Assembly (NCBI GenBank): GCA_002372175.1
Contig: DFIS01000080.1
Span: 1 to 39,664 of the forward strand
Direction: 5' to 3'
DNA from: Solobacterium sp. UBA3691
Lineage (GTDB): Bacteria; Bacillota_I; Bacilli_A; Erysipelotrichales; Erysipelotrichaceae
Length of the DNA: 39,664 bases
The translations under genes and the position numbers were made by a program. Shown here one piece after another: positions 27,200-36,654 of this stretch. Within the stretch, counting starts at the first letter, position 1. Each line of letters opens with the position of its first letter. The notes beneath the pieces are model-generated. The model ran no database searches, was not told where the DNA came from, and saw only the letters and a program-made list of their open reading frames with translations.

Positions 27200-27250
27200 A
27201 TATTGTACACAACGGAAAACTTTACAGTATACTCATTCTGTATATATCAG
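27200..27250. promoter_or_regulatory. Operator-like motifs upstream of azlC: ATTGTACACAA (27200-27210), AGTATACT (27226-27233) and CTGTATATATCAG (27238-27250)
   Basis: These are near-copies of the palindromes found upstream of leuC/gntR (ATTGTATACAAT; CTGTATA...TATACAG) and of citD/gntR (cTGTATACt). Confidence 0.35.
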
Positions 27251-27287
27251 TACTAAAAATGCCACCCTGAGATAGCATTTGAATGTA

Positions 27288-27797
27288 TTAATCCTTTCCG
27301 AACCGTTTCCTCATCAAGGGCTTGATACCGCCTGCTTCAAGGATCATCTTCTGCTGTTCACCAAGCGGATCACAGGGCAGTACTTCACCCGTTTCCTGTA
27401 CCGTGACTGTACCCGCATCGAGATCCAGTGTCAATGTCATACCCGTCTCCACCTTCTCACTGATCCCGTGACAGACGATCGGCAAAAGTCCGAGATTGAC
27501 CGCATTCCTGTAGAAGATACGCGCAAACGAATCTGCCAGGACAGCTTTCGCACCCATCGCCAGCAAAGCGATCGGCGCATGTTCACGGCTGGATCCACAG
27601 CCGAAGTTCCTGCCTGCCGCAATGAAACCGCCCCGGGGCAAGTTCTTTGAGAAGTCAGTGCTGATCCCTTCCATACAGTGACTGCCGATCTCCTGCGGAT
27701 CGGTCAGCGCCAGGTATGCCCCGGGATAGATCTGATCTGTGTCGATATTATTGCCGACAACGGTAACCTTACCGGTGATCTTCGTTTCCATGTCCAT
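27288..27797 (-). CDS. leuD: Aconitase-family dehydratase small subunit (3-isopropylmalate dehydratase LeuD-like)
   Basis: It is LeuD-like over its full 169-aa length. It could equally be a LeuD paralog acting on citramalate or methylmalate. No leuA or leuB lies adjacent. Confidence 0.8.
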   Translation of the reverse strand: MDMETKITGKVTVVGNNIDTDQIYPGAYLALTDPQEIGSHCMEGISTDFSKNLPRGGFIAAGRNFGCGSSREHAPIALLAMGAKAVLADSFARIFYRNAVNLGLLPIVCHGISEKVETGMTLTLDLDAGTVTVQETGEVLPCDPLGEQQKMILEAGGIKPLMRKRFGKD

Positions 27798-27802
27798 TCC
27801 TC

Positions 27803-29062
27803 CTAAAGATATTCACGGGGATCGGTGATCTTCCCGCTGATCATACTTGCGGCAACCGCAGCCGGACTGGCCAGATACAGCTTCGCTTCCTTGGAACCCA
27901 TACGTCCCGGGAAATTCCTGTTTGTACTGGTAATGCAGGTCTCCCCCGGCGCAATGATACCGCCGTGCACACCAAGACAGGCAGCACATCCAGGTGCCAT
28001 GATCGTTGCCCCGGCATCCATCAGATCCTGGATATACCCAAGCCTGATGCACTCCTGCATGACCTCTGCCGAAGCCGGCACGATGACAAGACGTGTATAC
28101 TTCGCAATATGTCTGTCCTTAAGGATCTTTGCGGCAACCGCGATATCCTCGACTCTTCCGCCCGTGCAGGAACCGATGTAACCCTGATCGAGGAACACAT
28201 CGCCCTGTGCCACTACACTTTCCAGCGAATGGACATTTTCAACACTGCTCGGGCAGGACAACTGCGGAGACAGCTCTGCCACGTTGAACACATAGCTCTC
28301 GGCATATGCATAACCGGGATCGGTATACTGCACCTCAAACGGTCTGACCGCACGCTTTGATACATATTCGAGGACTTCCTTGTTCGGCTGCATATACGCT
28401 GTCTTGGCACCCATCTCCACAGCCATGTTGCAGATGACCATGCGTCCTGCCACACCCAGCTCTTCAACATAGCTGCCGGTAAAGTCGATCGCCTTGTATA
28501 CGGCACCGTCGGCTCTGATCTTACCCAGAACAGCCAGGATCACATCCTTCGGGAATACCCCGGCAGGTGCCTTGCCTTCCAGTCTTACCTCAATGATCTC
28601 CGGCACCCTGAACCAGAGCTCACCGGTCATCAGGATCGTAGCCATGTCGGTCGCTCCGCAGCCTGTGCCAAGAGCCCCGAATGCACCATGTGTCGTCGTA
28701 TGACTGTCCGTTGCCACAACGATCATTCCGGGATAGATGACACCGGCTTCCGGCATCACCTGATGGCATACACCGCAGTTGGTGTCGAAGTGAAAGCGCA
28801 GGTTGTTCTTCTTTGCGAACTCACGCATCTCCTTATGGTTTGAAGCACTCTTCACATCCGGACACGGAGCATAGTGATCAAACACAAACGCACAGCGTTC
28901 ATTATCCCAGACACGTTCACCGCCCATCTCGTAGAATGAATAAACAGTCTGCAGGTACAGGTCGTTGATCTCCGCAAAATCGATCTTCGCGGTAATGATC
29001 TCCCCGGCTTTTACGGTCTCTCTGCCGCTGTTCTTAGCCAGGATCTTCTCCAAAGCGTGCAT
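27803..29062 (-). CDS. leuC: Aconitase-family dehydratase large subunit (3-isopropylmalate dehydratase LeuC-like)
   Basis: Fe-S cluster ligand regions (GSCTGGR, APGCAAC...) are present. The real start is likely the ATG at 29060-29062 (MHALEKIL), which has an AAGGAGG RBS. The ORF track begins at a TTG at 29092. Confidence 0.85.
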   Translation of the reverse strand: MHALEKILAKNSGRETVKAGEIITAKIDFAEINDLYLQTVYSFYEMGGERVWDNERCAFVFDHYAPCPDVKSASNHKEMREFAKKNNLRFHFDTNCGVCHQVMPEAGVIYPGMIVVATDSHTTTHGAFGALGTGCGATDMATILMTGELWFRVPEIIEVRLEGKAPAGVFPKDVILAVLGKIRADGAVYKAIDFTGSYVEELGVAGRMVICNMAVEMGAKTAYMQPNKEVLEYVSKRAVRPFEVQYTDPGYAYAESYVFNVAELSPQLSCPSSVENVHSLESVVAQGDVFLDQGYIGSCTGGRVEDIAVAAKILKDRHIAKYTRLVIVPASAEVMQECIRLGYIQDLMDAGATIMAPGCAACLGVHGGIIAPGETCITSTNRNFPGRMGSKEAKLYLASPAAVAASMISGKITDPREYL

Positions 29063-29081
29063 GTTGTCCTCCTTTTTGCAT

Positions 29082-29174
29082 ATTGTATACAATATACGAT
29101 TTACAAGGATAATCTAACACCAGGTTTTGCGTGTGTCAATATCATGTATAATATATTCTGTATACGATATACAG
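29082..29174. promoter_or_regulatory. Perfect 12-bp palindrome ATTGTATACAAT (29082-29093); inverted repeat CTGTATA-cga-TATACAG (29158-29174) just downstream of a TATAAT -10 (29147-29152) for the GntR gene
   Basis: They lie in the divergent leuC/gntR intergenic region. The second site overlaps the predicted TSS and RBS of the regulator gene, an autoregulation-type position. They share the GTATAC core with the sites at 20216-20243 and 27200-27250. Confidence 0.4.
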
Positions 29175-29184
29175 GAGATGTATG

Positions 29185-29823
29185 ATGGAACCTTTTGAAG
29201 TGATGCCTGTCAGAGTCCGGCTGACAGCTGTATTAAAGAAAGCGATCTATACCGGTGAGATCAAAAGCGGACAGGAGCTGAGCCTGACGGATATTGCCGA
29301 AAAGACCGGTGTCAGCCGCACACCTGTACGTGAAGCCTTCCAGGCCCTGGCTGCCGAAGGACTGATCACCCTGCGTATGAACAAGGGTGCGATCGTCAAC
29401 CCGATCGATGCCGGCTTCATCCGTGATCACTACGAACTGCGGGCACTGCTGGAGGCTGACAGCGCTGCCAGAGCCGCCGGACAGAAACCGGATGTATCCG
29501 CCCTGCTGGAACGCCTGCAGACAATGCGTGAACATACCGATACTGTTTCTGCTGAAGATTATGAGAAACTGAACCAGGATATCCACATGACGCTCTGGAA
29601 CGTATCCGGAAACAAGCGCATCAAGACCCTGCTCATGGATCTCTGGAACGGTCCGAGCACCGGTGAGACTGCGGAGGAAAAACGGCAGCACTACGCTGAA
29701 TCTACCGCTGAACACATCGAGATCCTCGAAGCTGTACAGCGCGGAGACAGCGAAACAGCCGGAAAGGTAATGAAAAAACACATCCTGCGCAGTATGCAGA
29801 ATATCCTGAAGTATTATCAGTAG
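29185..29823 (+). CDS. GntR family transcriptional regulator with FCD domain (paralog of 20341..20985)
   Basis: The wHTH is LSLTDIAEKTGVSRTPVREAFQALAAEGLITLRMNKGAIV, followed by an FCD domain. AGGAG lies 7 nt upstream of the ATG at 29185. Confidence 0.85.
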   Translation: MEPFEVMPVRVRLTAVLKKAIYTGEIKSGQELSLTDIAEKTGVSRTPVREAFQALAAEGLITLRMNKGAIVNPIDAGFIRDHYELRALLEADSAARAAGQKPDVSALLERLQTMREHTDTVSAEDYEKLNQDIHMTLWNVSGNKRIKTLLMDLWNGPSTGETAEEKRQHYAESTAEHIEILEAVQRGDSETAGKVMKKHILRSMQNILKYYQ

Positions 29824-29830
29824 AAAGCGT

Positions 29831-30724
29831 ATGAAAGATCTACTGCATAAATATCGGAAACTGCTGCTGACTTCAGCCATCCTTATCATTACCATTGCCG
29901 TAGTTTTTGTGCTGAATTACCGAAACAAACCAGTCACATATTCATGGGATGAAAAAGAAAAAGATAATCATCTCAGCAGGAAGATCACAACGGCGATCAA
30001 TGTTTATACAGACGGCAAAGCACAGGAAGTGTTTCATGAAAGCGGAACGCTGGAAGGAATCCCGTATGACATACTGAGAGTCACCCCTTCTGAACATACA
30101 TTTCTGCAGGTCGATTATTCAGAGGTTCCAAAGCCGCTGAGCGAACTGGCTGATGAAGAAACGACGGCGGCAGGATATGCGTATGCAGGAGGAATCAACG
30201 GAGGATTTTTCCAGCTGACCGGAAAAGAATACGGCAGACCCGTCGGGGCAGTCCGCAGAAAAAACAACTGGACGAAATGGCAGGGTGAGGATAATACACC
30301 TGCTTACGGCAGCGGTTTTGCCACAGTATACTTTACCGGTGACACGATGCGTCTGAAGTATCACGGTTGGCAGAACGGTATCTGGATCGGAGACGAAGAC
30401 TGGACATACGAATCCGGTTATGCGATCGATGCCGAAAACGCTCTTTCAGGGTCGTATACATATATCGCTGACGGAGAGGTAAAGGATATTACCGGAGACG
30501 ATCACGGCAGTATCGATTACCGTACATTCGGCAGAGCCGCCACAATATTTGCCCAGAATACGCAGCACGAATACTTGCTGATCACGATTTTCGGGGTAGT
30601 TGACGATACGAAGATCCTGGAATTTCTCCAATCACAGAATACCGTGAATGCACTGCGCATGGACGGCGGTATTTCAACGCAGATGGTATATATCCGGAAA
30701 TATGTCACCGAAGTCAAATCATAG
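29831..30724 (+). CDS. Membrane-anchored phosphodiester glycosidase family (DUF2233/NAGPA-like) protein
   Basis: It has an N-terminal TM anchor (LLLTSAILIITIAVVFVL). The GINGGFF motif is typical of the phosphodiester glycosidase family. Its start is 8 nt after the GntR stop, so it is probably co-transcribed. Confidence 0.5.
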   Translation: MKDLLHKYRKLLLTSAILIITIAVVFVLNYRNKPVTYSWDEKEKDNHLSRKITTAINVYTDGKAQEVFHESGTLEGIPYDILRVTPSEHTFLQVDYSEVPKPLSELADEETTAAGYAYAGGINGGFFQLTGKEYGRPVGAVRRKNNWTKWQGEDNTPAYGSGFATVYFTGDTMRLKYHGWQNGIWIGDEDWTYESGYAIDAENALSGSYTYIADGEVKDITGDDHGSIDYRTFGRAATIFAQNTQHEYLLITIFGVVDDTKILEFLQSQNTVNALRMDGGISTQMVYIRKYVTEVKS

Positions 30725-30789
30725 TACTGTGCAGAAAAGGACTGCTCAGATCCAGCCTGCGGCTGTTTCTCAGCAGTCCTTTATATAGA

Positions 30790-32151
30790 TCAGATATGTG
30801 CAGTTTCACCATCCGGGGGAAACTTCCGGTATACCGTCAGATACATCGCCAGCGCACAGGCACTGCCGCCGATCAGGTTGGAGATCGCCTCCGCCCAGTA
30901 TACACCGTTGACCCCGAAGCCCATCCTCGGCAGAAGAATCGTTAACGGCACAACGATAATGACCTTTCTGAACAGCGAGAAGAATACCGCTCTTTTCGTA
31001 CACCGCAGAGCCGTAAATGTCGACTGTCCCGCACTCTGTCCGGCCATGAACGCAAATGCAAAGAAGTAGATCTTCAGGGATTCCGTACCGACTCTGATCA
31101 TCTCTTCATCACTGGTGAAGATACCCATCAGCGCATGCGGGATCACCAGTACCGCGATCCAGGCAATGATCATATACAGCAGACCGGCAAATGACATGAA
31201 CCGGATACCCTCTTTGATACGTGTATACTTTCTGGCGCCGAAATTGAACGACAGCACAGGCTGAGCACCCTGGGTGATACATCCGCCCGGCAGCGAGAGG
31301 ATCTCACGCACACTGTTGATGACAGTCATCACACCAACGTAGATATCACCGCCGTATGTACGCAGCGTAACATTGCACAGAATATTGACCAGCGTATTGG
31401 TTCCCTGCATGACAAAGCCCGCAAAGCCAAGCGGAACGATCTCCTTCAGAAGAGAGATATCCGGTTTCATATACGCTCTGCGGATATGATACGGCGCATT
31501 CTTCTTCAGGAAGAACGAAACCGCCCAGACACAGGAAACGACCTGACTGATCACGGTCGCAAGCGCAGCACCGACAACGCCCATATTCATGACATAGATG
31601 AATACCGGGTCAAGAACCAGGTTGATCGCCGCCCCGATAAAGATCGTTAACATACCGATACGGGGATACCCGGAAGCATTGATAAACCCGTTCAGACCTG
31701 TCGACAGCATCGCTGCCGTCGTGCCCCAGATATATACACGCAGATAATCATCCGCATACGGATAGGTCACATCACTGGCCCCGAACAGATACAGGATATC
31801 CTTTTTCCAGATCAGGGAGACAATAAGCAGCACAAACGAAGTCCACACCAGCATGCCTGCCACCTGACCAAGCACACGCTCTGCCTTTGCCTCGTTCTCC
31901 TCACCGCGGGCAATTGCGAATAACGGTGCACCGCCGGCCGCAAACAGACTCGTAAATGCCCCGACCAGTGTTGTGATCGGAAAGGCCAGTCCGATACCGG
32001 TCAGAGCCAGTGAACCCGTCCCCGGCAGATGACCGATGTAGATCCTGTCCACCACGTTATACAGCAGGTGTACCAGCTGTGCGAGCAGCAGCGGGATCGC
32101 CTGCGACATGATCACTTTCCAGATCTTACCTTTGCCAAAATCATTTTTCAT
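30790..32151 (-). CDS. MATE family efflux transporter, 453 aa
   Basis: It has a 12-TM hydropathy profile. The N-terminal MATE signature is IPLLLAQLVHLLYNVVDRIYIGHL. Confidence 0.9.
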   Translation of the reverse strand: MKNDFGKGKIWKVIMSQAIPLLLAQLVHLLYNVVDRIYIGHLPGTGSLALTGIGLAFPITTLVGAFTSLFAAGGAPLFAIARGEENEAKAERVLGQVAGMLVWTSFVLLIVSLIWKKDILYLFGASDVTYPYADDYLRVYIWGTTAAMLSTGLNGFINASGYPRIGMLTIFIGAAINLVLDPVFIYVMNMGVVGAALATVISQVVSCVWAVSFFLKKNAPYHIRRAYMKPDISLLKEIVPLGFAGFVMQGTNTLVNILCNVTLRTYGGDIYVGVMTVINSVREILSLPGGCITQGAQPVLSFNFGARKYTRIKEGIRFMSFAGLLYMIIAWIAVLVIPHALMGIFTSDEEMIRVGTESLKIYFFAFAFMAGQSAGQSTFTALRCTKRAVFFSLFRKVIIVVPLTILLPRMGFGVNGVYWAEAISNLIGGSACALAMYLTVYRKFPPDGETAHI

Positions 32152-32204
32152 ACAGCGTCTATCTTACCATACCAAAAACTGCGTGATAAACACGCAGTCC
32201 TGTC

Positions 32205-33089
32205 TTATCTTGTCAAAATACTTACACATCCCGGTATATGCACACGTGAAAGTATCTCCTGAGGAAGATGATCTTCCCCGATCCTCTGCACATGCAGCTC
32301 ATCACTGTACCGGTTTGCCGTAAAAAGATACCCATCCTGAATAAAGATATCCCGGGGATGGTCACCTTCCGCAGATACCGAACCAGTTACCTGCAGGTCT
32401 TCCGCACGCACACAGAAGATCCTGTTCGTCTCCCGCACCGAGATATACAGATGATCCTCATACAGCCTGACGGCCGCCGGCGCCCCGCCGAGCACGACCG
32501 AATGCAGGATCCTGTGCTCCTTCAGCGATACCGCGTAAAGCTCGCCGCTCAGCTCTGTCGCAATATACAGGATATCCCCGATGATCACACCGTGTCTCGG
32601 CCCGCTGCCCTTCGGAAGGACGATCTCATCACACATGCGCAGATCCCGGTCAAGGATAACGACCCTGTCCTGCACAAGTGAGGGCACCAGCAGATGCTCA
32701 CCATACGGGATCACCTGGTGACAGCCAGCCCCGTCCCCGATCAGCACCCGGTTACGCAGTGAGAGACTGCCATCTTCACAAACGATATCACTGACGGTAC
32801 CGGCATGATAATTCGCTGTATACAGGTGATCCCCCTCCCTGCAGATATAACAGGAAGGTTCATGTTCAAAGATCACCTTGGCGGACAAGGTTCCGTCTGA
32901 CGCATACGCAAAGACCCCGCAGCCTTCGTCACCCCTGCCGACCGCAAAGATCCCTTCACCTGTACAGAGATACTTGGGATCCCTGATCCCGGCGAATACC
33001 TGTACATCCGACAATTTCCCGTCTCTGCACTCTGCCGTGTAGATACCCTGACTGCCCCGTTCCGCGTAGGTCCCGATATACAGTTTCAT
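32205..33089 (-). CDS. Beta-propeller lactonase family protein (6-phosphogluconolactonase/3-carboxymuconate cyclase-like)
   Basis: The GSGPRHG (GPRH) motif and the LYTANYHAGTVS segment resemble the Lactonase (PF10282) family. It is somewhat short, at 294 aa. Confidence 0.55.
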   Translation of the reverse strand: MKLYIGTYAERGSQGIYTAECRDGKLSDVQVFAGIRDPKYLCTGEGIFAVGRGDEGCGVFAYASDGTLSAKVIFEHEPSCYICREGDHLYTANYHAGTVSDIVCEDGSLSLRNRVLIGDGAGCHQVIPYGEHLLVPSLVQDRVVILDRDLRMCDEIVLPKGSGPRHGVIIGDILYIATELSGELYAVSLKEHRILHSVVLGGAPAAVRLYEDHLYISVRETNRIFCVRAEDLQVTGSVSAEGDHPRDIFIQDGYLFTANRYSDELHVQRIGEDHLPQEILSRVHIPGCVSILTR

Positions 33090-33091
33090 AC

Positions 33092-34576
33092 TTATATAAC
33101 GAAATCGTCAGTCACGGCAGGCTTCATCGTGTAGATCTTCACTTGCGCATCCGCATTCACTCTGTAGTTATGTTCGACATCGGTCGGATAGACATGTGCT
33201 GTAAAGGTCTGTTCACCGCCGTTGATGAAGATCTCTGCCGAGCAGTGATCGATAAAGATACGCATATCTTCAAGCTCTCTGTCCAGCGGTACTTCCAGCA
33301 CTTCCCCGATCTCCTTGTTAAAGCTGAGCTCCATGCCTGACTTATCCACGGTCAGTACTTTCTTTTCCGGATCCGCGGTGATGCGCAGACCGCCGTTTCC
33401 TTCCAGATCCGCAAACAGGGACAGATCACAGGCTTCCTCGCCGAATCTGATCAGGATCTCACAGGCATCCGGCAGGCTGCTGTCACCGGGGATCTCCTCC
33501 TCCCGCAGCTCAGCGATCTTTCTGACCGGTTCCTGGATCAGCCTGCCATCCTTCAGTGACAGTACTCTCGGGATCGTCATACTGCCTTCCCAGTCGATCT
33601 CCGCTGTCGGATAGTGATTGTCCGGAAGTCCGATCCAGGCGATCACAGCCGCATGGTCTTCATCAAGATTACTGCCGGCAGCCTGTGCCGCATAGAAATC
33701 AAAGCCGTAATCAAGATATCTGTATCCGGTCTCCGGCGTGAATGTCAGTGTATCATAGTCCATCGTACCGATGATATAGACCGTATGGTTGGTGCTCTCT
33801 GCTCTGCCCGGAAGCTTCGTATACTGCGGCGAGAAGATCAGCACATCCTTACCGCTGAGCCTGATGACCGAAGGACACTCCCACATACCGCCGAAGTCTT
33901 CATAGCCCGGTATCTTCAGCTCTCCCGCAAACGTCCATCCTGTAAGCAGTTCATCGGAAACATAGACCAGTACAGCACCATGTTTCTCTGCTGTCTGGGC
34001 ACCGATGAAGATATAGTACTTCTGTTTCTCTTCATTCCATACAAGCTTGGGATCCCGCTGATGTTCCGTATATCCCGACATCGGTCCAAACAGAGGCTCC
34101 GTAAGCTTGACCGGCTTACCGTCCTTCATCTCTGCTGCACATGTATACGGTGTCCGGATCCACTCCTCATCCCGGTGATTGCCTGTATAGAAGATATACA
34201 TCTCACCATCTTTGACAAAAGCACTGCCGGAATGCACACCATGACTGTCATAGAACGTATCCGGCTTCAGACCGATCCCTTCGTTCTTCCAGTGCACCAG
34301 ATCCCGGGAACTGACATGGTACCAGTATTTCAGCCCGTGTACAGCACCCCATGGACACCACTGGTAGAACAGATGCCACGTATCCCCAAGCTTGGCAAAA
34401 CCGTTGGGATCACTGGACAGACCTGTCACCGGCTGGACATGAAAGATCTGTCTGTACTTGGTACCGGCTATTTTGTCATAAATCTCACGGATCTCTTCAG
34501 GATCCTGCAGAACACGATAGCGTTCTTCTCTTGTCCACTCTCTCATCATCCACCTCCGAACAAAAAGACCCGGCAT
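33092..34576 (-). CDS. Glycoside hydrolase family 32 (sucrose-6-phosphate hydrolase/beta-fructofuranosidase)
   Basis: GH32 catalytic motifs are present: SDPNG (the NDPNG nucleophile region), FYQW, the RDP box (HQRDPK) and the EC box (WECP). The true start may be an internal Met, MMREW or MREW. Confidence 0.9.
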   Translation of the reverse strand: MPGLFVRRWMMREWTREERYRVLQDPEEIREIYDKIAGTKYRQIFHVQPVTGLSSDPNGFAKLGDTWHLFYQWCPWGAVHGLKYWYHVSSRDLVHWKNEGIGLKPDTFYDSHGVHSGSAFVKDGEMYIFYTGNHRDEEWIRTPYTCAAEMKDGKPVKLTEPLFGPMSGYTEHQRDPKLVWNEEKQKYYIFIGAQTAEKHGAVLVYVSDELLTGWTFAGELKIPGYEDFGGMWECPSVIRLSGKDVLIFSPQYTKLPGRAESTNHTVYIIGTMDYDTLTFTPETGYRYLDYGFDFYAAQAAGSNLDEDHAAVIAWIGLPDNHYPTAEIDWEGSMTIPRVLSLKDGRLIQEPVRKIAELREEEIPGDSSLPDACEILIRFGEEACDLSLFADLEGNGGLRITADPEKKVLTVDKSGMELSFNKEIGEVLEVPLDRELEDMRIFIDHCSAEIFINGGEQTFTAHVYPTDVEHNYRVNADAQVKIYTMKPAVTDDFVI

Positions 34577-34594
34577 ACACCGGATCAGACAGTA

Positions 34595-35068
34595 TTAAAG
34601 AATATCGATAACTTCCCCGATAAACATCGTATGGGGAGCTTCTTCCGTATAGTAGCGGTCTCTTGCAAAATCCGGTATCGCATCGATATCCAGATCCTGG
34701 GTGTAGATCTTCCGGCACAGCAGTGTCGTCTTCGCTTCCCTGAATGTTACCGCATTCTCGAGATATACCGGTGTAAACCCTGTCTCTTTTACCTTATCGG
34801 TATCTCTGCCAGATTTCGACCCAAAGACACCCAGGGCCTTCCTGTACTGCTCATCATAAAAGCTGACCGTGAAGTAATCATTCTCCTTCAGGAAGTTCCA
34901 GGTATATCTGACCGGCTTGACATAGACTGTCGCCACAGGCTTTCCCCACAGCGTGCCAAGACCGCCCCAGGAGACCGTCATCGCATTGCATGACTCCTTC
35001 GTACCGGCCGTAACCAGTGCCCATTCCCGATCAAATACCTCAAAGCTCTTCGCGTTAAACTCTTTCAT
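34595..35068 (-). CDS. Flavin reductase family protein (FMN-binding split-barrel domain)
   Basis: It is 157 aa. The LVTAGTKESCNAMTVSWGGLGTLWGKPV pattern is typical of flavin reductase-like proteins. Confidence 0.75.
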   Translation of the reverse strand: MKEFNAKSFEVFDREWALVTAGTKESCNAMTVSWGGLGTLWGKPVATVYVKPVRYTWNFLKENDYFTVSFYDEQYRKALGVFGSKSGRDTDKVKETGFTPVYLENAVTFREAKTTLLCRKIYTQDLDIDAIPDFARDRYYTEEAPHTMFIGEVIDIL

Positions 35069-35075
35069 ATTCCTC

Positions 35076-35792
35076 CTAGTACATCGCTCTGTCCCGGCGT
35101 GATCCTCTGCGGATCAGTCCGCTCATGGTCAGATACATCACAGCAATAAACAGCCAGAAGACGATCATCGCCGTATCCGTGCCAATCATTGCGGCCGCAT
35201 CGTAGATCCCGTGGAAAGCCGCTGCCGAAGTCCAGGCCAGCAGAAGATGCCGGAAGCACTTCCGCTCATCGCCCCAGATATCCGCCAGCTTTGCCTGACC
35301 GTAGAAATACCCCATCAGCACCGCAAACGCCGTATGCCCGGGAATTGCCAGCACCGCCCGAAGACCCGCAACCTGCAGACCGTACTCATAGACGTAGAAG
35401 ATATTCTCAAAAGCCGCAAAGCCCAGTGACACAAAGACAGCGTAGACTACACCATCGTAGAGATAATTGAACGCAGGATGATTCCACGTATACTTCTTCA
35501 GGAAGAAGAACTTGCATCCCTCTTCGATCATACCGGTAGTAATACCGATCAGCGCAAAGCAGACCTCCTCACTCTGTATATCCGCCATCGGCAGGATCAC
35601 ATTGCCGACAAACTGCTCCAGTAACGCGGCCGGAAAACAGGACACAACGCCAAGCACCAGCAGTCTGCCCAGCAGAGGCAGAGGCTCCTTCTCATGTTTA
35701 TCGGAACGGTAGATACTGATCATCAGGATGACCGCAGGGATCACCGCCGCAGCGATCAGCAGCGCACTCTCTCGAAACATCGGCAGAAACAT
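35076..35792 (-). CDS. PrsW-family intramembrane metalloprotease-like protein
   Basis: It is polytopic, with MIEEGCKFF (EExxK), AAFENIFY (FxxxE), PGHTAF and FHGIYD motifs resembling the PrsW signature. Confidence 0.65.
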   Translation of the reverse strand: MFLPMFRESALLIAAAVIPAVILMISIYRSDKHEKEPLPLLGRLLVLGVVSCFPAALLEQFVGNVILPMADIQSEEVCFALIGITTGMIEEGCKFFFLKKYTWNHPAFNYLYDGVVYAVFVSLGFAAFENIFYVYEYGLQVAGLRAVLAIPGHTAFAVLMGYFYGQAKLADIWGDERKCFRHLLLAWTSAAAFHGIYDAAAMIGTDTAMIVFWLFIAVMYLTMSGLIRRGSRRDRAMY

Positions 35793-35799
35793 AACTCAC

Positions 35800-36654
35800 C
35801 TAACTGCACTTCTCGTGCACAAGATCATAGATCTTATTCTTGGATATCCCTGTCTTCTTCGCTGTCTCACGGATCGCCTCCGAGCGCGAGATTCCCTGTT
35901 CGACATACTCTTCGACCATATGCATGATCTCTCCGTAATCGATATCCTTCTCATAATCATCATGATTGCCTTCCACGACAATGACCATCTCCCCCTTCAG
36001 CGTATCCGTTTCCTTACGGATCTCACTGATCTTACCGCGGATAAACTCCTCGTGGACCTTGGTCATTTCCCTGGCAATACATATTCTTCTGTCCCCGAGC
36101 ACATCCTGCAGGCATTCCAGCATCCTGCTGATCCTGTGCGGTGCTTCATAGAAGACCATCGTCATCGGATAGCTCCGGTACTCCCGCAGTTTCTTCCGGC
36201 ACTCTCCGGCAGAGCTGGGCAGGAAACCGACAAACAGGAACGGCTGGGCAGGCAGACCGCTGGCAACCAACGCATTCAGCACAGCACTGCTTCCCGAGAC
36301 AGGAACGACATTGTATCCGGCAGCGGAGGCTTCCATGACCACACGCTGTCCCGGATCGCTGATCAGCGGATATCCTGCATCACTGATCAGGGCAACATTC
36401 TGCCCCTGTGACAAGAGATGCACGATACCCCTGGCACTTGGCTCTTCGTTGAAATTCTGGTAGGAGATCAGTCTGGCATGAATATCAAAATGCTTGAGCA
36501 GCACACCCGAAGTCCGTGTATCCTCACAGGCGATCACATCCACCTTCTTCAGGATATCCACAGCTCTCGGTGTCAGCTCATCCAGATTGCCGATCGGTGT
36601 CGCCACCAGATACAGCGTTGGCATATCATTTTCAAAACTCTTCTGCCGTATCAT
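35800..36654 (-). CDS. rsmI: 16S rRNA (cytidine1402-2'-O)-methyltransferase
   Basis: TLYLVATPIGNLDELTPRAVDIL and the tetrapyrrole-methylase fold signature are present. It sits in the conserved ricT–rsmI position. Confidence 0.9.
   Translation of the reverse strand: MIRQKSFENDMPTLYLVATPIGNLDELTPRAVDILKKVDVIACEDTRTSGVLLKHFDIHARLISYQNFNEEPSARGIVHLLSQGQNVALISDAGYPLISDPGQRVVMEASAAGYNVVPVSGSSAVLNALVASGLPAQPFLFVGFLPSSAGECRKKLREYRSYPMTMVFYEAPHRISRMLECLQDVLGDRRICIAREMTKVHEEFIRGKISEIRKETDTLKGEMVIVVEGNHDDYEKDIDYGEIMHMVEEYVEQGISRSEAIRETAKKTGISKNKIYDLVHEKCS

Noticed and set aside
33614-34993. A long (459 aa) + strand ORF overlapping the GH32 and flavin reductase genes
   Set aside because: It has no recognisable domain or RBS. 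It lies fully antisense to two well-supported minus-strand genes with clear family motifs. Long antisense open frames are expected in GC-richer coding DNA.
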